Assembly (NCBI GenBank): GCA_965240325.2
Contig: OZ251229.1
Coordinates: 310,001 to 374,000 of the forward strand
Length of the DNA: 64,000 bases
DNA from: Rebecca billardiae RCC1528
Lineage: Eukaryota > Protista > Haptophyta
Reading direction: 5' to 3'
Below are positions 34,588 to 45,200 of the stretch, in pieces. The notes below the pieces were generated by a model. That model did not search any database. It was not told the DNA's origin and worked only from the letters and a program-made list of their open reading frames with translations. Each line of letters starts with the position of its first letter. The stretch's first letter is position 1. Position numbers and translations under genes: made by a program.

Positions 34588-35406
34588 ATGGTGGTGGCCG
34601 GCCGTGCGGCCTGCGCGAATCTCCTCCTTCTGGGCGCGCTCACGCGACGTCACGAGCACGCCCGATGCTCATCGCACGTCATGGCTGCCGTCGATGTACC
34701 TCGTGTCGAGTCATGGCTCGACTCGCTGTACGATGGGCTCGACTACGAGGCCATCCTTGGCGCCGACGGTGCCGACGATGACGACGATCACGATGGCGGC
34801 GACGTGGATGACCTCGCCATCGAGTATGCATACGGCGAGTGCGATCTCGGCTTCTTCCTGACGATCCTGGGCACAGCTCTGGATGCATGTGGCCCATCGG
34901 CGTTGGAACCACCTCGCCGTGCGTTCATCGATCTTGGAGGCGGGAAGGGCCAGCTTGCTCTCGCAGCCGCGTACGCAGCATCCGACCGCGTCACAGGGCG
35001 CTTCGTGTCGCTCGAGCTTCTCCCAGAGCTTCACGGGATCAGCCGCGCCGCGGTCGCGGCTGCCATGGCGTCCGACCCGTCCCTGCAGGGACGAGTGCTC
35101 GCGGAGCGCGGAGACATTTACGACGAGGGCGCCCTGCAGCGGTGTGACATCGCAGACGCGTGCGTCGTCTTCGCGTACGCGAGCAAGTTCGAGGGAGGCG
35201 ATGGCGTGCGCGTGGAGAAGCTGTCAAGGGTACTCAGCGCGTCGCCCCTACCGCACGGCGCAGTGGTGGCAACGCTCAACCGCGAGCTATGCCCCGAGCA
35301 TGGCTGGGAGAGGGCATGTCCACCTGTGGATGGTCCGACGCCACACGAATCTGCCGGCACGGGGCGCGCGCATTTCTGGCGGCGGCGGCGGCGCGCCACA
35401 TCATAG
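34588..35406 (+). CDS. Class I SAM-dependent methyltransferase (DOT1-like fold)
   Basis: YAYGE, FIDLGGGKGQL (motif I), SLELLPELH (motif II), RGDIYD, VVFAYASKF. Confidence 0.8.
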   Translation: MVVAGRAACANLLLLGALTRRHEHARCSSHVMAAVDVPRVESWLDSLYDGLDYEAILGADGADDDDDHDGGDVDDLAIEYAYGECDLGFFLTILGTALDACGPSALEPPRRAFIDLGGGKGQLALAAAYAASDRVTGRFVSLELLPELHGISRAAVAAAMASDPSLQGRVLAERGDIYDEGALQRCDIADACVVFAYASKFEGGDGVRVEKLSRVLSASPLPHGAVVATLNRELCPEHGWERACPPVDGPTPHESAGTGRAHFWRRRRRATS

Positions 35407-36173
35407 CGGCAGTAGTCACCCATTTCGTCGCTCTTACTTGGCGCTGTTTGTTCGTTCTGTATCTCTTTCGGTTTAATCTCTGACTAGCTCTCTCTCTCGC
35501 CCGCGCCGCGCGCGCGCCGGCGGCGCATTACGGTCGCCGCGTCACGGACCGCTGAGTAGTATCCGACTCTGGTCCGGCATGATGACGTCGGTTACTCGGT
35601 TGAGACTAGCGCACCGGCCACCGGGCCAGTGCCAGTGCCCAGTGGATCCGCGCCGTCTGCGGGCCGGTCGACACTCGAGGGCGCGACTGCCCGGACTATC
35701 CTGCGGACTCGCCGAGTGCGGCCCCGACTGCTGCCGTTGACGGCCCGTGAGAGTGCCGGCGCCTGCCAACTGTTCGTCACTTGCTGATGACCCGAGCCAG
35801 TTGATGACTGTGCCTGAGAGGGCGAGGCCGCGGTCCGACTGCGTTAAGCTGCCGTAGGATCCAGAGTCTACGCGGTGCCCGCCCGGCACTCGCCTCGGCG
35901 GGGGCCAGTTCGTGCGGGCGGCATGTAGCTACACCGGCTTCATGGCCGGCCTACGGTACAGTACCATACAAGATGCTAGCTTACCTGAGCGAGTTGATGG
36001 TAGGCTGGTAGCAGAGTAGCCTGTCCCTGATGATGAGCCGTTCCGCGTTCAGGCAAGGGCCTTGGTTCAGGTCTGCAGCCCCCCGCCTTGCGGGGCCGGG
36101 CCCGCCCGCCATCGCGGCTCGAGCATGCTGACGGGTGACGACGAAGCAGTTTCGACGACCGCGACCGACAGAG

Positions 36174-37466
36174 ATGCATGTCGCCGCACGCGTAGTTGAC
36201 GCGACGTTTTCGGCGACGACATGTGCGGCGCTGCTGCTGGGATCGGCGGCGCTAGCGTACGCGACAGAGGGCCCGGCGGCATGCCTAGAGGACCCGAGCA
36301 CGCCCAATGCGATGGCTGTCGTCCGCGCTCGGCGATTCGCTCCTTCCTTTGCCGGCGTGGGCATCCCGTGCATCGTGCACCGCGTGCTCGTGCGCACCGG
36401 TGCGCGTGGGGAGGAGGCCGCGGACACGGCCACGCCAGCGTGGGCGGCGCTGATGCCTCGGTGCGCACACGTCGCATGGAACAACTCCGCGATACGCGGG
36501 CTCATCGGCGAGTGCGTCGGGGCTGCCATGCTGCGCGTGTATGACCAGTACCCGCTCGACATCCACCGCTCGGACGCCGCGCGGTACATCCTCATGCACT
36601 GTGTGGGCGGGTTTTACCGGGACGGCGACATCGTGCTCCACCGCGCGCTCCCCGAGGCGTGGTTCGAGTCCGACGACGTGCGGCTCCTCCTCTCGGCGCG
36701 AGTCGGCAGCAAGGAGGTGGTGCAAAGCTTCTTTGGCTCGGCGCCGGGACATCCGTTTTGGAGCCTTGTGGTGGGCGCGCTGCCCCGCACGGCGCGGTGG
36801 TGGGACGCGCTTGAGGTCGCGGGCCCCTCCTTCTTTCTGCGGGCGTACAGGATCGCCGTCTGCCTGCGCATGCGCTACGTGCACCTCAACGGCAGCATGA
36901 CGCAGTACGCCAAGCACGGCCGCGTGCGCGGGCCGGGTGTGTACGCGACGCACGAGCTCAAATCGACGTGGACGGACAACTACTACGCCTTCCTCGCCTC
37001 CCGCTGCGCCGTGAGCGCGAGCGAGCCGTCGGCCGAGTGCTCGCAAGCGGAGCTGCAGCAGCTGCATCGCAGTAACACCGTCCACCTTGGCTCGGAGGTG
37101 CGCGAGCGGAGCCCTGCGTGCATCTTGCGCTGTCTCGAGCGGCATCAGCTCAGCCCCCAGCCCGATCGTGCCCTACACAGCACGCGGAGGGAGCGGGAGC
37201 GCGCGCTCATGCTTGGGCAGTTCAGCAAGGAGGTGTTCAAACGCCTGCGTCGCTGCAGCGGCCGCGACGGCATCAGTCCTTGGCGTGTGCCAGTTCGCCG
37301 AGGCACGCGCATCTTCGAGCAGCAGGCGGACTTCGGCCCACCTGACGCGCGGTGGGGCTGGTTTATCAACGGCTCGTGTGCGCACAACCGCACAACCGCC
37401 AATGCTACAACGGCGGCAAGAAACTCGTCGACGAGGAGAAGGTCCCACAAACTGCTAGGGCAATAA
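36174..37466 (+). CDS. Glycosyltransferase family 32 (DXD sugar-binding region; OCH1/SUR1-like)
   Basis: IPCIVHR, RSDAARYILMHCVGGFYRDGD, FFGSAPGHPFW, AGP; N-terminal signal/anchor. Confidence 0.82.
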   Translation: MHVAARVVDATFSATTCAALLLGSAALAYATEGPAACLEDPSTPNAMAVVRARRFAPSFAGVGIPCIVHRVLVRTGARGEEAADTATPAWAALMPRCAHVAWNNSAIRGLIGECVGAAMLRVYDQYPLDIHRSDAARYILMHCVGGFYRDGDIVLHRALPEAWFESDDVRLLLSARVGSKEVVQSFFGSAPGHPFWSLVVGALPRTARWWDALEVAGPSFFLRAYRIAVCLRMRYVHLNGSMTQYAKHGRVRGPGVYATHELKSTWTDNYYAFLASRCAVSASEPSAECSQAELQQLHRSNTVHLGSEVRERSPACILRCLERHQLSPQPDRALHSTRRERERALMLGQFSKEVFKRLRRCSGRDGISPWRVPVRRGTRIFEQQADFGPPDARWGWFINGSCAHNRTTANATTAARNSSTRRRSHKLLGQ

Positions 37467-37872
37467 GCAGCCTGGCGTCGCACGCAGCGACAATGGAAAG
37501 TGGCGGTAGACGGCTCGACGCGGTGCCGCCATGATCGGCTCTGCGAAGTGGTTATATACATCATATATTGGACGACATTCATCATCGCGTCGTCTGATGT
37601 CCGAAATGGTCGCTCATATCGGCGCTCACTAAGCTAGTTACGTCACTCACACGGCACTGCGTCATCTGCTTGTCAGCTTGACAATCTGCTATAAGACTGA
37701 TGCCAATGCCACCGCGGAGAGTTCTGACTGAGTTGCGCGGGCCCGCGAATCGATACTACTTAATATCTAATCTCTCTCTCTCGTGACTCGTCTTTCGTCT
37801 TACTCTCTAGTCTCTGCTCTCTCAGTCTCTCATTATCTCTCGCTCATCTCTCATCGATCTGCTCTACCGGTA

Positions 37873-37941
37873 CTCTCTCTCTCTCTCTCGATCTCTCTCT
37901 CGATCTCTCTCTCTCGATCTCTCTCTCTCTCTCTCTCTCTC

Positions 37942-38012
<71 letters not shown>

Positions 38013-38022
38013 CGCTCTCTCT
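37873..38022. repeat. Interrupted (CT)n microsatellite
   Basis: CT run with CGAT interruptions. Confidence 0.92.
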
Positions 38023-38154
38023 ATACAGATCCGCCGGCGGCACTTGCGAATGCGCGGGGCGGCCCTGCTGATGAGTGATGTCAGTCACGATGGCTGTGAT
38101 GGCGACTGGCCGCGGCGGTTCGTTTGTCATAGCATACTTAGTCAGCATGTACGT

Positions 38155-38196
38155 CATACATACATGCATACATACATACATACATACATACATACA
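38155..38196. repeat. (CATA)n microsatellite
   Basis: About 10 units visible. Confidence 0.85.
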
Positions 38197-38893
38197 CTTA
38201 CTCCTCAGGTTCAATCGCGACCGGCCGTGCCAGCCTGAGCCGGCCACTCACCAGTGCCCCCTCCGGCTCCGTGGCCCCCAGGGTTACGTCAAATACGATG
38301 ATGTCTGAGTATAGATGTGACCGCACGTCCGGCGTCGTCGACCGACCGACGCCCGACCGACGCCGCCGCGCCCTTAGACTTAGTAGGCGTAACAGCTTAC
38401 ACGAAGAATAAGATACGCACACAGCTTAGGCAGGCGAGATTGTAGGCTAAGTAGCGATTCCGAGGCGGCGTCAGCCCGATCTGACTGTCGGACAAAGACT
38501 AAAGAGGAGCTGCCGGCGGACGGGTTGGGCTGCTAGACCCACTGACGGTAAGTAACACGGCAGCTCTATCGACTCTCTGGTCGTTGGTTATCGTGGTCAC
38601 TCTTCGGGCTCGGGCGTTCGACGACGGGTGGATCTCGTCGTCATTGTTGGTCACCTCATCGGAGCGACGGTGATCGTCGTCATCAGCATATTCTCGATTG
38701 GCCGTTTGACGGAAGATTACTCATGAAACGGCGAAAACGGAAAACCGAGGCCAGACTCTCATGGTCAAACTCGTCAAGCACAGTGGACACGAGCGCGCAT
38801 CTTCAACGACGACTGCAGGGGTTGGGGCGGGCTCCGGGCCACCCAGCCTGCGGGCGCAGGCCGCCGGCCGCTCGGCGGTGCAGGCGCCGCTGA

Positions 38894-40018
38894 ATGGAGC
38901 TCTCGCCGGAGGCGGCTGGCAAGGACGAGGCGTTGCTCGAGTCTGCACTGCCGCCACGCCGCTCCCAGGGCGCGCGCGGCTGGGCGCGCGCGTGCGCGGT
39001 CGCGCTCATCGCTGGGACAGTCGGTGCGCTCTCGCTCGCGCTCGCGGCTTTCGTGCGCGGCGGTGCGCCGGGGGCGCCCAGCAGACTCGCCTCCGCTGCC
39101 GACCCGCCCAAGTACCCGTACCTGTACGTCAGCTTCCACGGCAACCACCGGCTGCACCCCAAGGCCCGGCAGGGAGTCAACCAGGTGCTGCGGTACAGGC
39201 TGGATGGCGGCTCGCGCCACGACAGGCCGCTCGCGGTGCTCGGCCCGATGGCGGACGGCGAGATGCCGCGCGAGCTTCGTGGCATGTACCACGACCCCGC
39301 GTCGGGCGACCTGTTCGTCGCGAACGCGTACGTCGGCGACTCGCAGATCCTCCGGTACGGCCAGTGCGGGCGGGACGGCAAGCGCCAGTTTGCCGAGCGG
39401 ATCGCGCCGCGCACCGACTCGGGCGCGGCGCTGCTGCTGCACCCGTACGGGCTGGCGATGATGCGCGACATCCTGTACACGACGACGCAGGACTCGGGCT
39501 CCGTCCTCGGCTACAACGTCACCGTGCGCTCGCGCGGCAGCGCCGGCTGGAGCCCGACCGTCTTCTCGTCGATCCTGGGCGCGCGCGTGCCGCCCGCGCG
39601 TGTCGCGTTCAGAGGGATCGCCGCGCACGAGGGCGAGGGCTGCCTCTTCATCGCGGAGGAGGTGAGCGGCGCGGTGCACCCGCTGTGCCGGGGGCGCCCG
39701 CGCGCGCCGATCCCGCTGGACAAGCCCATCGCCGTGGTCGTCGACGCGCCGAGCGGGCTGCTCGTCGCCGGCTCCCGCGCCAAGCGGAACGCGCACGTGG
39801 CGGCGTTCAACGTGTCGACGGGCGAGCGCGTGCGCGCGTTCCGCCACAGGCACCTCAAGCACCCGGCGGGGCTGGCGATCGACGGGCACCGGCTGTACGT
39901 CGCGGCGCAGAGGCGGCAGGCGATCCTCGAGTTCGACCTGCGCACCGGCAAGTTCACGCGCGTCGTCGCGGACCACCTGCCTGACTGGCCCGAGTGGATC
40001 ACGCTCTCCAGCTGCTGA
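38894..40018 (+). CDS. Type II membrane NHL/beta-propeller protein
   Basis: N-terminal TM helix, then repeated blades: LRGMYHDP..LFVAN, HPYGLA..LY, FRGIAA..LFIAE, KPIAVVVD, HPAGLAIDG.LYVA. Confidence 0.75.
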   Translation: MELSPEAAGKDEALLESALPPRRSQGARGWARACAVALIAGTVGALSLALAAFVRGGAPGAPSRLASAADPPKYPYLYVSFHGNHRLHPKARQGVNQVLRYRLDGGSRHDRPLAVLGPMADGEMPRELRGMYHDPASGDLFVANAYVGDSQILRYGQCGRDGKRQFAERIAPRTDSGAALLLHPYGLAMMRDILYTTTQDSGSVLGYNVTVRSRGSAGWSPTVFSSILGARVPPARVAFRGIAAHEGEGCLFIAEEVSGAVHPLCRGRPRAPIPLDKPIAVVVDAPSGLLVAGSRAKRNAHVAAFNVSTGERVRAFRHRHLKHPAGLAIDGHRLYVAAQRRQAILEFDLRTGKFTRVVADHLPDWPEWITLSSC

Positions 40019-40798
40019 CTCGCTGACAGTCCAACACTACTCCAACTGATGAGTGTAAGCTAAGTGCCGCGCACACTCGGCCGCCTCGAATACTACAGAT
40101 GACGACGATGACTCCGGCCGTACGACGACGACGACTGATCCGATAGTATGAGTATGATAGTATCGTGGCGCGCCAAGCCATCGCCATCGGGCTCAGTCGC
40201 CTCACAACTCAGACACAAGTGTGAAGTGACATGACTGACAATCAGACGATGACTATTATCGCGGACGATATACTTGGCGGCGCGTGATTATTTAATTTAT
40301 ATATATATAATATATATATTATTTTAATATAATAATTGCCAGAGCTAGTCCATCAGACGCAGACGGCGCTGAGCCAATTATCTGTAACGGCGACTAGTCT
40401 GAATAGTGAACTATGCTCACTGACAGTTCGGCTTCGCCGTAGTAGACTCTACGCCCGACGACTCATTACTCAAAGTTCTAGAGTCAGCGCGTATATAGCG
40501 AGACGAGCAGTCTCAGTCGTATATACTATATGATGTATACACGCTATACGCCCGCCGACGACTCACATTATAAGAGTCAAGCAGTACGACGTAATCACTA
40601 GTACGACCGTACGTTATTCGTTAAGTAGCTATAATTCGTTCACCGACGGTGCCTGCGCTGCTGCCTACGGCCGCCAGCAAGGCTGCCATGACTGCATATG
40701 TCGATATGACGATGAGTCGTGAACTGATGCCGATTATATGCGCCTCAGTCTGTCAACTGAGAATCCGTCAGGCATATACGACAATAATATTATTCTGA

Positions 40799-40937
<139 letters not shown>

Positions 40938-42255
40938 GGTGTTATTGGCACAATAATCGATTGTGTCCGCTGGCGAGAAGTACGTGGCCATACCACCCGC
41001 CGCCGATCGACTTTGTCCGCTAGCGTCGTACCGGTACAGGGCGAACCAGTTGGCTCTCATCGAGGTCAATAACGCACCCTCGAACGCGCTTGCTGCAGCC
41101 GCTTGCCTCGGTACCCTACGCCTCCAGCCGAGCTGGCCCACTGCTGGTGAAGCGCTATACCTGTTCGCGCTTACAGCATCATGGCGGATACAAATAATCT
41201 GGCCGCCATCATGCTGACAACGGAGCAGTCACCACGAGCGCTCACCATCTCCGCCATCGAGCATCATACAAGCAGCAGCTTTGATTCATCAATGACTACA
41301 AACTCGGCGGTCGTCGTCCAGCAATATTCCAAGCTCATCGATTGGCTTTCGTCTACTCATCTGCTGCAGCCAGGCGACGAAGCTGCAGTATCCGCTCGCC
41401 AAGGAGGCTCGCCGAAGCTACCGCCTCGTCAGATTCGATCTCGGCTTTTCACCCGCACCGGCTGCTTGGCGAGCCAGCCGAGCTCGATTTTCACTCATTT
41501 CAGCTGCGCTGCTTTCAGCTGTGTGCCGCCTGTTTCGCAGCCGCTTTCGTGCCAACGCGCTCGTCCCTCCGCCTCCCCTATCTCCGCCTTTTGCGATCTT
41601 ATGGCTTACGGCGATCTTACGGCGTGGCGCGATATCCATCTCGCGCACTCGCCTGCTTCTGGTCGCTGCCTGCTGTGCCCCACGGTAGCCTGCCGTGTGG
41701 GCTGCAACATGTTCTAACGACGACGAAAAATTCCCAATAGCAAGGAGTGTCTGCATCATATAAGTATGCGCCTGCCGCATCCAGGCAGTGGTTACGTACG
41801 CGAGGTCAAGGACACATGCATATATATATATATATATACTGCTACGGTACTAAATTATTATTTAAAAATAACTACGCTGCTACTGCCGCGTAGCTCGGAC
41901 GATTGATGATGATGACGAATATTTAATACTTTCTTATATTCAATAATAATCTTACTGTCGTAGTAGGTGCTAGTGCGTATGACTGACTCGTCACAGTTCA
42001 GTCACTCGATCGAAAAGCAGGGCTCCCGTGAGCCAGGCTGGGCCGGCCGGCCGTGAGGCTGCCGGCGCAGGGGCCCCAGGGGCCCGTGCGGCGCCCACGG
42101 CCCACTGCCGCCGGGCACTGCCACTGGCCACTGCCCACGCACGCAGCAGCACCGACTCTGCGACTGCGAGCACCGTCGCGACGTCATGATTGGCAGCCGC
42201 GCACCGCTGCGCCGGCCGGAGGCCCGCTGCCATCTGCCTCCACACGGCTGGCGCG

Positions 42256-45200
42256 TCAGTAGTGCGGCCTGGCGGCGTCGGAGCTGCCGCGTGAGGCCCG
42301 CCCGCGGCTTCCGCCACCGCCCAGGTAGCTTCGCAGGGCGGCCGTGCGGCTGTCCAAAGCCGCCTGCGAGCGCGCGCGCGGCGGCGCCGCAGGGTGCGCC
42401 GGCGGTGGGTGCTGCTGGCTTGCGGGCGCGGCAGCCCCCGGCGCACGGCCACCGGCAGCTGCGCTGCCGAGCGGGCCACGCCCGGCGGCAGGCGCGGCGG
42501 AGCGCCCGCCGCGCGGGCCCCACCGGCCGGCTGGCTGCGCCGCCGGCCCGGCCGGCGCGGCCCCGTCCTGCGGCTGCCGCCCCGCCGCCCCGCCGCCGCG
42601 CCTGCGCAGCTGGGCGATGTGGAAGCCCACCGCCTTGGTGAGCGCGTGCTCTCGTCCCAGCTGCCGCTCGCGCGTGCCGCGCGCCGCCCGCAGCAGCTCC
42701 AGCGCCTCGGCGTCGAGCCGGTCGGCCTCGCGCGCCGCCTCCGCGCGCGGCGCGCCGTCGTCGGGCGCGGGCGCTGCGGCCGGGGCCGCGGACGCCGGCA
42801 GCGCGGCTGCGCGCGCCTCGGCCGCGGCCGGGGCGTGCGCGCGGGCGGCGGCGGCTGCCGGCGCGCCGTCGGCGGCAGCGGCCGGCGCGCCGCCGCCCTC
42901 GGCGCCGCTGCCGCTGTGGGCGCGCAGCGCGTCGGCCATCTGCGACAGCAGCTTGGCGAGGTGGAACTGCGACGTGGCGACGAGCAGGTGCTCCGCGCCG
43001 AGGGCGGCCAGCCGGATGCCGAGCGCGCGCCTGTACAGCGGCAGCGCCAGCTCGCGCCGCGCCCGCAGCACGGCCGCCGACTCTGCTGCGCCCGCGCCGC
43101 GCGCGCGCCGGCCGGCGCCGCGCGGCGCGGTCGGCGGCAGCAGCTCGGCCGCGGCGAGGTCGTCGAGGACGAAGGCGCACAGCGGGTGCGCCGCGCCGTA
43201 CCAGCGCTCGCGCGCGCCCAGGCACGCGCGCAGCAGCTGCACCGCGCGCTCCCGCTGCCGCAGCCGCGCGTGCAGCACGCCGCTGTAGTAGTGGCACTGC
43301 CACACGCCGAGCGCGGAGCCCGCGCACTCCATCGCGGACGTGGCCTTGGCAAGCAGCGCGCGGCTCTCGGTGTACCTGCGCCGCGCGCGCGGCCGAGGCG
43401 GGGCGGGTGGTGCGCGGGCTCAGCGCGCCCTGCCCTCGCCCCGCGCGCGCCGAGGCCGAGCGGGTGCGCGGGGCGGCGCGGGAGGGTGCGCTCGCAGCCA
43501 GCAGCCCGGCGCGCTCGGCCGGGGCGGCGCTCACGGGGCGAGGGCAGGGCGCGCTGAGCGCGCGCGCACCGCCGGTCCATCGACGTGAGGTGGCCGAGCT
43601 CGGAGAGCAGCCGGCCCTGCATCAGGCACAGCCGGCGGCGCGGCGGCGGCGCGTACAGCAACGCCTCGCACGCGCGCAGCTCTGCGAGCGCCGACTCCGC
43701 CTCGGCGGCCGCGGCGCCGCCGTCCGCGGTGTCGGCGGTGTCGGCGGTGTCGGCGGTGTCGGCGGTGTCGGCGCGGCCGCGCAGCGCGCCGATCGGCTCG
43801 GCGTGCGCGTCGGCGTCGTCGGTGTCGGTGCTCTGCGCGGCGCTGCTGCCCCCGCCCGCCTCGTCACCGTCGTCGGCCGCCGCGGCCAGCGCCTCGAACC
43901 GGTTGGGCCGCGAGCGGCGCGGCGGCGGCGGCGGCGCCGGCTCGGCGGCGGGCGGCGCGAGCGGCGCGTGCGGCCGGCGCGCGCCCGCCGCCGCCATGGC
44001 CTCGAGCTCGTCGCACGTGCGCACCGCCGCGCGGTACCACTCCTCCTTCCGCGCGTCCAGCTGGAACTTGAACACGCGCCCCAGCGCCTCCTCCGCGGTC
44101 GCGCGCAGCTCGAGCGGCGCCGCGGCGTCGGGCGCGAGCGCGCGCGCGGCGCCGATCGCCGCCATCGCCTCGCCCGAGAGTAGCCGCTGGGCGTGGTCGA
44201 AGAGGCCGAGCTCGGAGAGGAAGGAGGCGCCGTCGCGCGCGAGCCGCGCCACGCCGAGCCAGCGCCGCGCGCACCGCAGCCGGCGCAGCGCCGCGCGCGT
44301 GCCGTGCTGCTCGCCCGCGTGCGCCGCGCGCTCGAGCTCGCGCGCGCCGCGCGCCGCGGCCGAGGCGGCGTGCACGTACGCGGGCCCCGCGGTGCGCGCG
44401 TCGAGCAGCCGCCAGCAGCGGTGCAGGTCGAGGCGGCAGGCCTCGGAGGCGTACAGCCGCTCGAAGATCAGCGGGTGCACGAGCAGCCGCTCCATCTCGC
44501 GCGCCGACGCCCCGTCCGCCAGCGCGCTCAGGTGATGCAGCGCCTCGCGCGCGTCGTGCAGCAGCGACAGCGACGCGGCCGCGCACACGGCGGCCGGCTC
44601 GGGGCCGGACGGGTCCGGGGCGGCGAGGGCGGGCGCCGAGCGGCCGAGCGTGGCGGGCGGCAGCGCCGCGTCGAGCGGGCTCGCGCCCTCCGCGAGCAGC
44701 GACGCGGCCGCCGCCGCGGCCGCGGCGCCAGCCACCGCCGCGTCCGCGGCCGCGTCCGCGGCCGCCGAGCGCCCTCCGGCGTGGCCGCGGCCGTCCGCGC
44801 GCGCGCGCCCCATGTTGGGCGTGGACTGCGCGCGCGAGAGCGCCGAGGGCGGCGCGAGCGGCGGCGCGTCGGCCGCGGCGGCGGCGGCGCTCTGCGCCAC
44901 CGCGTGCTCCACGCCCAGCGCGAAGGTGCGCGCGAGCACGCGGTGGCACGCCGCGTGCCGCCCGCGCACGCGCGCGCCGCCGTACGGCCGAGCGGCCGCG
45001 TCGCCGCTCGGTCGCGCGAGCGGGGACCAGATGGCGTCGGCGAGGAACTGCGAGGCGACGGCGGTGAGCACGGTGGCGTTGGAGACGCGCAGCACGCCGT
45101 TGCCCTTCTGGCTCAGCGCGTCCGCCGCGACCAGCCTGAGCAGCGCCCAGTTCGCCGAGCGCACCGCGAAGCCGTCGAGGCCGAGCGCGCTCAGCAGCTG

